Positions 50,519-62,059 of a stretch of DNA of 64,000 nt are shown here, in pieces. Every line of letters begins with the position of its first letter. Position 1 is the first letter of the stretch. Both the position numbers and the translations under genes were made by a program. The stretch is from Camelus dromedarius (Eukaryota). The notes under the pieces were generated by a model. It did not search any database and was not told the DNA's origin. It was given only the letters and a program-made list of their open reading frames with translations. Where the stretch lies: positions 48,858,001 through 48,922,000 of the forward strand of contig NC_087447.1 of the NCBI RefSeq assembly GCF_036321535.1, read 5' to 3'.

Positions 50519-52172
50519 CAGCTCAGCCCACCCTGTTTCCTCCCACCCATAGCTTGTAAAACTCTTCTTGCTTGTGGCTCTCACTCATGCCCTTAATCCC
50601 ACACGGCCTTGCGTGGCCTTTTAATTATTTCACTTGGGTATATTTTCTCTCTAAAAAACCCCACAGGGTGAAGGGCAGGAATCGTATTCTCCAAGCCTTT
50701 TGAGTCACTCACACCATCAAGCACAAGGAACACACACAGAAGGAAAGGTTTGGGAGGAGTTGAGGTGACGATGGCAGTAATGATGATGATGGGTGTGAGA
50801 GTGGGCGAGATGGTGATCATGATGATGGCGGCTGTAGTGGTGGTGGTGGGTGGTGGGGGTGGAGATGGCAGTGGTGATGATGGTGGGGATGGTGGTAATG
50901 TTTTTGGTACCAAATTAGATCCAGTCCTAAAGCCTCAACGTTTTAATGTTCTGAGGACATTCCTCAGAACTTCCCATGAATCAAAATTCCCTGACTATCT
51001 TGAAGGGCTAAGTCCCTACACATACCCCCACCTTCGAGACTCTTACTAGGTGTGAAGCCCTTCAAGACATCCAGCTAAGAGCTATCATGCTACTGTCTCA
51101 ACATCTTTAAGGGGAAATGGACTGTTGTCTGGTGGTGGAGCCCAAGAGCTCCAGGTGTGTTTGTGAAGGAGCCCATGAGTGAAGTCAAGAATTCAAGCCA
51201 CTCTCACAGAGACGTCAGGTTGAACCCCTGTCCTTCATCCCATCATGCTCCCTTCTTAACCCCATCTCTGTTTTACATTACTCTAGAAATAATTGTTAGC
51301 CTTTATGTCTGGGTTTTGATTTGCAATTTATAAAGTATTTTTGTCAACTCTGTGTCTGAGGCTCAGAAAGGTAAAGTAATCTATCTTAGCCTATAACAGT
51401 AAGTTAGGTAAGTCATTTGGGAAGCCAGCTAATGCAAACTCACATCTCCTGACGTGCAGTCCTAGGGTAGGTGGAGATAGGATAATCATAGCCACTCAGC
51501 TATCTCATTTGTGAAATAACTGAGATGTAAGAATTAAATGAATTCTGTGAAATCATAGTACAAGACTGGGTACACAGTAGGTTCTCGATACATGTTCCTT
51601 CCTCTTTTTCTTCCCTGTTCCTCTCCTTTTGGTTTTGCTAATCCAGCCCTGTAACCAGCTGTGGTCAGGGCACAGCCTCAACTTGCACCTTCTCCTCCAT
51701 CTGCCTTCCTCCCAGGCTTGAAGGAAGGAGCCAGCCCCTCACAACAGCTACTGTTGACAGTCACAGGCTGCTCTTCTCAGTGAGATACTCTGACGTTCTC
51801 TCCTACCGCTTACTAATCCCAGGGTCACGTGACATTGTTGAAAGAACTCAGCTGGCAAGTCTGGAAACCTGACTTCTAGAAGCTTAGCCCACCCTGTTTC
51901 CCCCCACCTATAGCTTTTAAAAGCTTGTTTACGCCTCCCACTCACGCCCTTAATCTCACACTGCCCTGTGTTGCCTTATAACTGTTCCACTTGGGTATGT
52001 TTTCTTTCTGAAATACACCCATGAGGCAAAGGACAGGAATCAGGTCCTCCAAGTCTTTTGAGTCACTCACACCAGCAAGCACAGGCTCTTAACACACAGA
52101 GAAGGGAGTATTTGGGAGGGGTTGAGGTGATGATGATGGTAATGACAATGACGGGTGTGAGAGTGGGGGAGG
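50519..52172 (+). repeat. Diverged local direct duplication (~290 bp; copies ~50519-50810 and ~51881-52172) in CHRDL2 intron 8
   Basis: Colinear shared blocks: agcccaccctgtttcc, cccttaatc, cacttgggta, ttttgagtcactcacacca, gggtgtgagagtggg. Confidence 0.85.
50760..50900 (+). repeat. (GRT)n low-complexity trinucleotide tract
   Basis: gatgatgatg...gtggtggtggtgggtggtgggggtggagatggcagtggtgatgatggtggggatggtggt. Confidence 0.75.
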
Positions 52173-52289
52173 TTCTGGAAGCCCGAGTTCTAGCTCCAGC
52201 TCCAATACTGCTTTGCTGTGTGACTTAGGAAAGTCCCTTCCCTTCTCTGGGCCTCAGTTATCCTGTATATTGATGAGTACGGAAGGAAG

Positions 52290-52510
52290 ACAACAGTGGT
52301 CAAGAGCATTGTCTTTGGAGTAAGACAGACCAGGGTTCAAGTCCCAGCTCTGTCACTTACAGCTGCAGGACCTGGGCCAAGGTGTTTACCTTCTTGTTCT
52401 GTAAAAGGGAGATAAAGATGCCTGCCCTGCCCACTGTGGTGAGGATTGCATGACTTCATGCATGCAAAATACCTACCTGGCACATGGTAAATGCTTGATA
52501 AACATTGGCC
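52290..52510 (+). mobile_element. MIR SINE
   Basis: gtggtcaagagc...tttggagtaagacagaccagggttcaagtcccagctctgtcacttac...cctggcacatggtaaatgcttgataaa. Confidence 0.75.
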
Positions 52511-52814
52511 ATTCCTCTTAAAGTCCTAATAGCCTAAGATTTCATGACTTCACAGAATCCAGGACATTATTTGATTCTATGTATATGTCTGAGCGCCTCG
52601 GAATCTGTAACATTAGATGGTTCCATAAGTCTAACATTTTACAAGTTGGGCATTTTCCATTGCTCTGCTTCTAACAATCTGTGCCTCTAAAACCCTGCAT
52701 CCTGTGGCTCTAAGTCCATGCCCCATCCATGTTGGAGATGTTACAAGTGTCTGTGCCCCGGGGAGAGACCCAGGGCTCACACTGGCCCTCCCTGCCCCCA
52801 GCCTCTCTTTGTAC

Positions 52815-53009
52815 CTGGGCAAATCTTGCAGCACTTCCCAGCTACTTTCTCAGGGTGACGGCAGGGGTACTCAGTGGGGCAGATCACCCGCTGGCAGTCC
52901 TGGCGGCCGTCCTGACAGGTACACAGGATGCAGGGCAGGGGTCCGAAGGAGCGGAAGGCTGGGTGCCACACCTCCCCATGGGAGTACGTCTTCCCGCCAT
53001 GCACACAGG
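52815..53009 (-). CDS. CHRDL2: CHRDL2 coding exon 8 (VWC domain 3)
   Basis: cccag|CCTGT...TGCCCAG|gtacaa; 195 nt; (A)CVHGGKTYSHGEVWHPAFRSFGPLPCILCTCQDGRQDCQRVICPTEYPCRHPEKVAGKCCKICP with CxxCxC and CCxxC motifs. Confidence 0.98.
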
Positions 53010-53955
53010 CTGGGCCAAGGAGGGCAGGAAGGCAGGAGGGTCAGTGCCTCAGACTCAGGACCAGGGTCCAATAATGGGTAGGGGTAGGGCCTTGGGGTGC
53101 CCCTGCTCCGCCAGTCTGGCCCAGCCACACAGCCTGCAAAGTGGAGGCCAGGGAATAAACTAGCCCCCTGTCCCTGACACCACCCCCCACACACCCTATC
53201 TCAGCACTCAGGACTGAGACGGGCCCAGTAAGTTCTTTCTAAAGATGGAGAGTCCTCCCCTGTGCTTCATGGGTGGAGCGCAGAGAGGGATAACCTGACA
53301 GTAGGAGACCTGAGATCAAGTGCTGTCACTACCTGGCCAGGCGAGCTTTGGCAGGTCCCTTCCCCTTTCTCAGCGTCAGGGTACCAAAGAGGGCCTGAAC
53401 AGATGCCTCTGCATCTCCTCCCGCTTCACCAGTCAGGGTGTCCTGCTCTGAGGCCCCTTTCCTCCCCCTCTGCTGCCTCAGTTGTCGACTTGGTCTCCTT
53501 CCCCACCCCATCCCGATGGTCCTCCTGCAGGCCAGCTCTGCTCCCTCCTTCCTTCATCAAAAACTTTCCCCCACCACTTCCTTATATTATAATAATTGGA
53601 TGTATTTATCTGTCTCCCCTCCTGGTCTTTGAGCCCCTTGAGGACAGGGACCATTTTCATCTCTCTGTTCTGTGCCCCTCAATTCCCAGCAAAGACATGG
53701 CAGGTGCTCAGAAAAATACTGTTGTGTGACCTGTAGTCCTGGTTCCATGACTAGTTCTGTCTCTAGCTCAATACTCTGAACCTCAGTGTCCTCATCTGTC
53801 AAAAAGGGGTTTAGACCTGACATTCTATGAGTCTGCAAGCTTATGGCCAAGTTGAGATGAGGGAACCACTGGGTGGGGAAACAGGGATGGGAGGAGGGAG
53901 CAGTCAGGGCCCCCCCTTTCCCACCTCAGGGGTGAGCAGAGGCTCCAGTCCCCAC

Positions 53956-54124
53956 CTTTCTTGTGTTTCTCCTTCAGGACAATCTTGACTGTTGTGCTGC
54001 CAGCCTCCTTTGGTCGGAAGTGGCGAGGGATGAAGCCCAGAGGGGAGCTGGGGCCAGTGGGGGTTGGGGTGCCCAGGCCTCTCCTTCTCCCGTCGTCCCC
54101 TGAACACAGATCCTGGGAATGCCT
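53956..54124 (-). CDS. CHRDL2: CHRDL2 coding exon 7 (linker)
   Basis: ttgcag|AGGCAT...AAGAAAG|gtgggg; 169 nt; RHSQDLCSGDDGRRRGLGTPTPTGPSSPLGFIPRHFRPKEAGSTTVKIVLKEKHKK (ORF 53825..54235). Confidence 0.96.
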
Positions 54125-55305
54125 CTGCAAAGGGCAGGAAGGATGACGACCATTGATGGGCCATTGCCAGGGGAGGAGCAGCAAGACAGAGGCTGCAGGG
54201 AGAGGCCCGAGGATGCCTCTCATGACTGAGCACAACTGCCCAGGGAAGAGATGGCACCAGCTCTGGATAGAAAGATCTGGATGGGGCTGAAGACATTCCC
54301 AGACAATAGATCTTTGAAAACGCTCAGAGGATAGTGGTTTGGAAATCTGGCCTCCACCAAGCCCTCCTCAGGCAGGCAGAGTCAGAGCCTTGGAGCTAAG
54401 CTGGGCAGAGGGTGCTGAAGTGATCGGGGACCTGGAGAACTTAATATTTAAGAAATAGAAGATGAGAATGTAGTGAAGATGAGAGTCAGGAAATTCTTCT
54501 TTGAGAAGATTTAGGTGATGGGGAAGGGGATGCCTTCTGAAGATCCTATCGGGCCCCAGAATCCCACAGGGCCAGACTAAGAGCAGGTCCTGTCCAGAGA
54601 TGATGGGTCTTGGGGACCCCCTTTCCTGAGCCCCTGGAATCCAAAATCCCACAGCCCCACCCCTCTAGATCAGGTCTTGGGAGGGCTGATAGAGCAAAGG
54701 GTGTGTGTGAAGGCAGCACAAGTGGGCAGGAGCTTCCCAGCCCAGAGATTAGGAGTTGGGAGCTCCAGGCCGTGGGAGAGGAGAAAGTGGGCTGGGGGCA
54801 AGGGGCAGAGCTTATCAACTGCTCTCTGACACAGAGTCACTCACATGCCTTCTTCTGCAGCCCTCTCCTGCCTGTACAGTCTCTGAGTCAGTCCTTCGAT
54901 GGCTGGACTGAGCTCACAAGAGCTCCCAGAGTGGATGCTGTGTCCCAGACCCCCGCACAGAGCCAGGCCCATAGGAGGCTCCCAGGAAATGCTTGTCAAG
55001 TGGAACAGAGGCAAATGAGAATTGAAGAGCCCAGCCCCCAAATGGTGACTTGCCCACATCATCCAGCAAGTCGTAAGTAGCTAAGCCTGAACTAAACCTG
55101 GTGGGTTTCACTTAGTTTCCTCCTATGGAGAGGACAGGGAGGAAGGGGGATGGCAGGTCAGGTCCCATGGCCCAAGACCCAGCCTGGGAAGGGAGGATGA
55201 GCTGGTGGAGGAGAAGGGAGAGCTCATTAGTTCAGACCCCTGGGGAGCCTCTGGGAAGGGGATCCTGACCTCCAGTTCCCCACGGTCCAGGTGACCCAGG
55301 TTGAA

Positions 55306-55319
55306 AGAGCAGGTGGCGC
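55306..55319 (+). promoter_or_regulatory. Candidate CTCF binding site in CHRDL2 intron 6
   Basis: AGAGCAGGTGGCGC, 12/14 match to core consensus with a retained CpG. Confidence 0.45.
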
Positions 55320-55898
55320 TGTTCACATTGTAGACACAGCACAGATGTTGGACAGGTTCGTGTGTTAGCGTATGAGCCCCTTCTTCCACCTCTTTCCTTT
55401 CCAAACAGGGAGAGCTGGGTAGTTTCGCCTCCCCTAACTCTAGACCAAGATCGAGAGGGGCCAAGATGGAGCCAGCAACCGAGAGGTGGCCCCAAAGACT
55501 GGTACCTCAGAAGCTGGATGGGAAAGGTTGGCTCAAGTCAGGCAACTCCCTTGGGGAATATACTGCCCAGAGGCAGCCTGAATAAGGACAGACACAGACT
55601 CTGCATGGAACGGTGTCAGAGTTTCCCAGGAGAGAGATCGGGAAGTAGGGGCCTGCCCCTGCCCTGGGTGGTATTTTTTCCCAGACCCCTCCTGGCCTAC
55701 CAGCCACAGTGGGAGCTGTGATAGACGTTTAAGGAGAAGGTCTGGAACGTGGTGGGCGCTAATGGAGCCGACCCAAGGGACAAATGAGAAATGAAGACAA
55801 TAACTGGTATTACCTGCTCTGGAGTCATGGGATTTAGGCCCTGGACACCAGCCCCCTTGCCACCTCTCCCCGCCTTGTCTATAAAGCTGTGCACTCAC

Positions 55899-55954
55899 CA
55901 CCCCACGATGTGATTGCGTGGCATCCTCTTCAGCTGATTTCTCACTGGACCCAT
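55899..55954 (-). CDS. CHRDL2: CHRDL2 coding exon 6 (acidic linker)
   Basis: ttccag|ATGGG...GGGGTG|gtgagt; 56 nt, restores phase; (D)GSSEKSAEEDATQSHRGV, aligning with recalled human DEASEQSDEEDSVQSLHGV. Confidence 0.9.
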
Positions 55955-57694
55955 CTGGAAACCCAAAGGGAAGTCAGGTCAGCCGCTTCCTCCTCAGCCT
56001 TGCTGGCAGAGCCATGGAGGTCTCTACCTTTAGGCTCTGCCCCTTCCAGGCCTGGTGCAACTTCTGCAGCCACCAAGCCCTGGTAGGTCCCTTTGCCCCA
56101 GTGGGGACTCATTCCCACTTCTCATTACAGCCTCTCCTCACCCTTGGGTTGATGAAGTCCCTACAACTGGGTCGCTGCCTCAGTTTTCCCACATTGGTCT
56201 TCTGGTCACCATTAAGACTGAACCGCTTGGCTGGGCCAAAGCAGCTTGTTCAGTGGCCATCATGGATGGCCCAAGGGTCCCGAATGCCACCCCCATGGCC
56301 TGCTGAGCTGCAGTCCCCTGGGCAGCCTCTGCCAGCCACACCTGAAGTCACCAGACTTGGTCTATACTATATACTTATGGTGGTTACCCTTTTTGGTCCC
56401 TCTGATCATACAGCTGCAACAGCCTAGGACTCCTCCTTCACCTACTCCCTGGGGTTCCAGTACCCAAAACCCTTTGGAGTCCTGTGGCTTCCTAAATCCC
56501 TGAATGGTAGTCCCTCCCTATCACCCCTACTTCACATACAATTTGGATTCAAAGACCCAGGATGCTGGAATCAGACTGTTCTTTAGAAGTCACCGAGGCC
56601 AAACTCTCAGTGCACACACAGCACAGCTGAGGCCCAGAGAGAAGAAAGAATCTGTAGGAACTAGCTTGAAAAACCAGGACTAAATGAGTCACTTGTGTCC
56701 AGTCACTTGGCCCCTGGTCCAGTGCCCTTCCAACAATGCCAGCATTGGGGAAGCGGTCTACAGTGGAGAACACCCCTCCCTGAGTCCTGCCTCCTCCAGG
56801 AAGTTTTCCTGGACTACCCCAGCCCACAGGGAACAGTCCTACCACCTGTGCACTTCATTCTGCCCAAGCTGCTTGCCCTGCATTAGCTGATGTGTTTGTT
56901 GCCTTTCTCTGTTCTGTCCAGAGATTCTACCTGGATTCTGCTTGACACAGGTGCTCTTAGCCCAGGCCTGTGCCCAGCTCTGCCATGAGGAGGACAGAAG
57001 GACAGGTGATCCCTGCCTGTACAGACCCCTCTCCTGTGCCTCTTCTGATCCTCTCCACCTCATCTGATTGCAGGGATGTTGTCGCCTTGTGGCAGGCATT
57101 AAGCAGCAGTCCCTCCATTGCCGGACTTCCCTCAGACTCAGCCTGCCAGCCTATGCCCTCTTGTCAGGCCTCCTCCATGTCTCCACCCCCACTTCTTACC
57201 CCACCCCACTCCTGCCTCCCGCTCCCAAGGGCGGCCCAGCATGGACAGGGAGCTTGAGGGAATTACCCTTGGTGGGGTGAACCTTTGGCCAATGGGAGTT
57301 GGTGGCTGGTGGACAAACTCTTCCCTTTCCTCTGTCACCTTCAGACATTTCTGAGATGTGGAAGATGACTTAGAGCAATAGGTCACACTTGATATCAGTA
57401 TCAGGCCAAGGCCAGCTCCCCCACATACCTGCATTGTTTTTCCCTCCTCCCTGCTTCACTCTCCCTTCCCCTCCTTCCTGCTCCCTGGGATTACAATTAA
57501 AAAATTATGCACATCAGCCTCTGGCACAGGCTCAGCTTTCTGGGGGGTGCAGCTAAGCTGCCACCCTGGGGAAGGAATGGTCTGCTGCATGCAGGTGAAC
57601 CCTGAGTCCTCCCCCTGCACCCCCCACCCAATAGCCCATGACTATGTCCCTGGGGTGGGGGTGTGGGCACTGCCACCTCTAGTGAAAGACTCAC

Positions 57695-57788
57695 CTTTGC
57701 AGGCCTGACAGCAGGAGGCGGGCAGAGGGAGGGGTGCAGGGCAGCCAGGTTCCGGGCAGGTCATGAGGCCGCAGTAGATCTGGCCCTC
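57695..57788 (-). CDS. CHRDL2: CHRDL2 coding exon 5 (end of VWC domain 2)
   Basis: tcag|GAGGGC...TGCAAAG|gtgagt; 94 nt; EGQIYCGLMTCPEPGCPAPLPLPASCCQACK. Confidence 0.97.
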
Positions 57789-60002
57789 CTGACAGTCAGA
57801 GCAAACAGGAGCTGGGAGATGAGCTCTGATGAGGACCTGCACCTTGGGGCTGGGAGAGCCCCTGCCCTGGGGCCAATGGCCTTGAGGTCTCCTCTGAGGT
57901 AGGGAGGGAGGGAGCAGCAGAGCATCCTTGGCCAGGCCCAGCCAGCTCAGAGTGGGGGTCCCTGTACCCTCCCCACTCCCACTCCAGGCCTTGAGGTAAC
58001 AGTCATCCTTCAGCTTCTAAAGCGTTTCCATACCGAGTCTCTCCCTAGGCTCTTACCACAAGTCAATGAGGTGGGATTCTGCCATCCTATAGATGAGGGA
58101 GGGACTGGGGAGGGGCCTGGACCCTCTGAAGTCAGAGACACAGCCCAGAAGAACAGACTAGAACCCTGCCTTCAGGCTTTTCATACTGCAATCAATGTCC
58201 CTGTCCCCTGGCCTAGAACAGGGAGCCCAGCATAAAGGAGGGGGATGGGTGGGTGACACCTTGGGCTCATCTTGCTCTTACTAAAAACCCTAGGTTCCCA
58301 ACTTCAGGACCCAGCTTGGAAAGGCAAGACTACAGGGGAAAGGGCCTTCTTGGAGTTGGGAGGCCAGATGACCTTTGGCCTCACTTCTCTTCTCCAGGCC
58401 TCAGTTTACTCCTCTGTGAAACAGGGGCACTCCCATCTGGGTTGTAAAATCAAATGCGGGAATGGTTATGAAAACCCTTTTTAAACTGCAAGGCACAATG
58501 TGTACCGGGGAGGAAGTGATACTGTCTTAAGTCTTCTCCCTTCTCCTTTTCCAGGGAATCTCAGAAGTAAGGATTCTGATCCTTCAGATGAGGCCAGAAG
58601 TCAAACCAGTCCCAGGTAAACAGGTATGAGAAAAAAGGGGAGACCCAAGTATCAGGGAGACGGGACAAGGAATCATAAGAATGCTCTCACCACTCCACCA
58701 CTGTCAGTTCTGTCTCTTCCCACAGCCTCCTCGTTATCCAGTCCCTCCTCCCTTCATAGGAGGTGACACAATGCAGGTAAAGAAATGTGGGTTTTGGAAT
58801 CACGTGGCCCTGGGTCTGAATTCTGGCTCTGCTGCCTAACTAGCTGTGTGACCTTAGGCAAATTGCTTAATTGTGCTGAGCCTCTGTTTTCTTATCTAAA
58901 CTGTATGAATAGTGATATCCTTCTCTCGGGGCCATTGGGATGCTGTATATAAATGTAAGACATTTCCTAGTAGGTACAGGGTACTATTTCACTGCAAGAG
59001 GCCCAGGCCCTGCAAAAATAACTATTCTCCAGGTTGATTTCTAAATGGTCATTGTTATTGTAAGTTGTTGGCTTTGCAGCACAGATACCTTAAAATTCAG
59101 GTTCTCAGAGTGATGGGATCCTCTCACTGAGAAGATGGGAGGCAGGCCGAGAGAGGTGACTCTTTCAAGGTCACACAGGGGACCATGGCAGAGCTGGACC
59201 TACAACATGGGTGTCTGATACCTAGTCTAAGCCTCTTACCCTCATCGCTGCTGAGTCAGATTATTATTTTAAACAGAGAGGACCTTGGAGATCACTTGGT
59301 CAGACTCCCTTACTCACTCAGAGGAACTGAGGCCCAGAGAAGTTTGATGGTCAGGTATTAGAGAAATTAGGAGGGCAGGAGTTTCTTCCACCAATGCACA
59401 GATTTGCTAAGCCCATGGGTGAGGATGACAAGCCAAAGGCCATGCCTAGAACACCCGCAAGGAGGAGGGGGAGAATTTCCAGATCAGGCTCTGTTTGGCT
59501 TCAGTCTGTGTCCCCTGATAACACTACTGAGTCAGCCCTGTGTGTCCCTCAGCACAACTCTGACCACAGCAGGGGAGTTTAAGCAGCTTCAGATTAAATT
59601 CCACTCGCTACAAACCATCTGGTCCTGTCTCTTTGCCTGAGGATTGATAATTGACCATTCACTCATTCATTCATTCAACAATCATCGTAGACATCTGTGT
59701 GCCAGGCTCTGAGCTGGGAGCAGTGGAGGATACAGAAATGAACTGAGTATGTCCCCTCCACTCAAGGAGTCTACTGGGGGCCACAGTAATGGCAAATATC
59801 ACTGCCAGGTGACAAGGCAGCTCAGGAGGCTGCAGAAGCCCAGAGAAAGGCAGGATGTATCAAACCCCAGATGTTCCCTTCTCCCTAAGCCCATTCACTC
59901 TCATTCTCCTTTGACCAAGGTAACAGTTCCCCATAGTCCACACCACGGTGCTCTGCAGGCCCAGACAAAAGGCCCGTGCAAAAGGGAAGTAGAAGGTCTT
60001 AC

Positions 60003-60145
60003 GGTGCAGCTGCAGAGGACACACTGGTTGGGCAGGCGGGAAGGGAGCAGCTCATGGGCGCTGAAGATCTCTCCATGTTGGTACATGGTCCCGTTGTGCT
60101 GGCAGGACCTTGGGGGAGCCCGGAGCCCAGAGGGGGTGTGAGGTT
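60003..60145 (-). CDS. CHRDL2: CHRDL2 coding exon 4 (start of VWC domain 2)
   Basis: tgcag|AACCT...TGCACC|gtaaga; 143 nt; (E)PHTPSGLRAPPRSCQHNGTMYQHGEIFSAHELLPSRLPNQCVLCSCT, inside ORF 59901..60227; NGT sequon. Confidence 0.97.
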
Positions 60146-61965
60146 CTGCAAGTGGGGAAAGGTGGGAGGAGGAAGAAAATGAGGGGTCATGTGGATCTAA
60201 GAGCTTTGCCAGAATTAACTGGGCCACTTTACTGAACTTTTTGTATATTATCCCATGTTGTCCTTTAAACTGAGCTCTGGCCTCAGCCTTCCCAGCCAGC
60301 CCTCATATCAGTGAATCAAGAGGTCCTCCAACACCTACGTCTGACCACGTCCCTCCCTCCCATGGCCCTTTAGCCTGTCGGTTTCAGAGCTGGCCCTGTT
60401 TGGAGTGAGAAGTTAAGGTCAGAAGCCTCAGCTCCACCGAGCCCTATGAGTAATGAATGGGGACCTGCATTAGTTCATCCAACATTCAGTGAGCATCCAT
60501 GGAGCACCTCCTAGTGCCAGGCACTGCTCTAGGTGCTGGGGATACAGCACTGAACAAAAGTAGAGTTAGCTGGTGTGATCTGGACTGTCCTTGGTATAAG
60601 TCCTGTCATTCCCTGGCCACCAGAGCCCCCTCCCCATCCCCTGCCAATTAGCCAGTTTGGGTAGGTAGGTAAGCCTTGGGTCCAAGGGGGAACCATTCAT
60701 TCTTTCAGGACACCTTTACTAAGCACCTTCTCTGCACCAGGCACCGTGCTACATGTTGGGAGTGGAGTGTGAATAAGGCTTAGCCCTTCCCATCAAGAAA
60801 CTGACAGTCTAACTGGGTAGAGAGACAGGCCACAAGCGGTGACACCAGTACAGTAGTAGGGCAAATAGAAGAACAGAAGTTAGGAGGAGCCCCTAACTCA
60901 GCCATGGAGGGTGGTCAGGGAAGGCTTCCTGAAGGGCTGATGGCTGAGCTGTCTTGAGGAACACGCAGAGGGGCAGGTCCCAGAAAGAGAGAGGAAGTAA
61001 GGAACATGTGAGGAAGAAGGGGCCTGAGCCAAGGCACAGTCAGCAAGGAGTGGTCAGGACTCCTGGAGTCAGCCTCAGCTGGGGAGGAGGCAGGATGCCC
61101 GTCACTGGGCAGGATGAAGCACAGAGCCTCTGTTTCCCTGGGGAACCCAGAGCCAGAATCTCTAGGACCCAAGCTGGAGCCATGGTGAGATTCCTACTGG
61201 GGTCCCACTTGGAAAATGAGCGCCTCTGCATACATACTCCACACGGGTCTCCAGAGCCATGGTTCCAGAGTCTGGAGCTTCCCTCCCTTCATCACCTTCT
61301 TGGTGCCCAAACATGGATTCTCCTCTCAACTGCTCCCTGCCTTCTAGGTTGGCTTTCCCACTGGCCACCTCTCATTTGCCAATTGCTTATGCCAGGTTCT
61401 TCTCAGACCACCTCACCTCTCCTTTCCCTTACCTCTGCTTGCTAGAATCCCAGTCTCAGAGGCTCTTAGTAGAATCTCAAAATCATGGACATTTAGCATC
61501 AGGACACACAGCTCCCTGAACCGCAGGACTGGGAGGAATCTAAGAGTATCTGTACTCCCACTCCTTCGGTCATTCCCAATCCCAGGACAGTAATCCTAGG
61601 GTCACCCTGCAGAGCCTCCCTGCTGACTCACCTCCACTTACACAGGGCATGTCCATTCCCTTGGGAGATTGGAGCCCATGTGGGCTGTCAGCAGGCCAAG
61701 CGCACCCGTTTTCTTCAGCTATTTCCCACATTCCCTCCTAGCAAGCACAGCTACTTAAGAATGAGAAGTTTTTTGCTGCCCCTGCCTTCCTTGGGGATCC
61801 ATGGAGGATGTCTTCCCCTGAGCACCTGGGTGTCACAATAGCTCTGATCTAGAAACTGTGCTCTTGTTCCAGGGGTCTCCTTCAGCTGGAGGCTGTGTCA
61901 GGAGTGGGATAAGGGTCAGTGAGCAGGTGGGAGGCTGGCACAAGGGGAGGAGTGAGGCTACTTAC

Positions 61966-62059
61966 CCACACACCGGGGACAGCACTGCTGCGGCTCGGTC
62001 ACGGGCTCAGGGCAGTGGACAGGCGGGCAGTGGAGGCGGTAACAACTCACATGGGCACT
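61966..62059 (-). CDS. CHRDL2: CHRDL2 coding exon 3 (C-terminal half of VWC/CR domain 1); first coding exon recognised in the window
   Basis: cag|AGTGCC...TGTGTGG|gtaagt; 94 nt, phase 0 to 1; translates SAHVSCYRLHCPPVHCPEPVTEPQQCCPRCV, matching recalled human CHRDL2 GAHVSCYRLHCPPVHCPQPVTEPQQCCPKCV. Confidence 0.96.

Noticed and set aside
50593..51049. Pro/Thr-rich and Met/Val/Gly-rich ORFs
   Set aside because: Translation artefacts of the (GRT)n low-complexity tract
54075..54095. Furin site in the linker (GRRRG)
   Set aside because: Only three consecutive Arg, lacking the P4 Arg of R-X-K/R-R
57669..57685. CTCF-like motif beside the exon 5 donor (minus strand CTAGAGGTGGCAG)
   Set aside because: 5' half matches the consensus poorly
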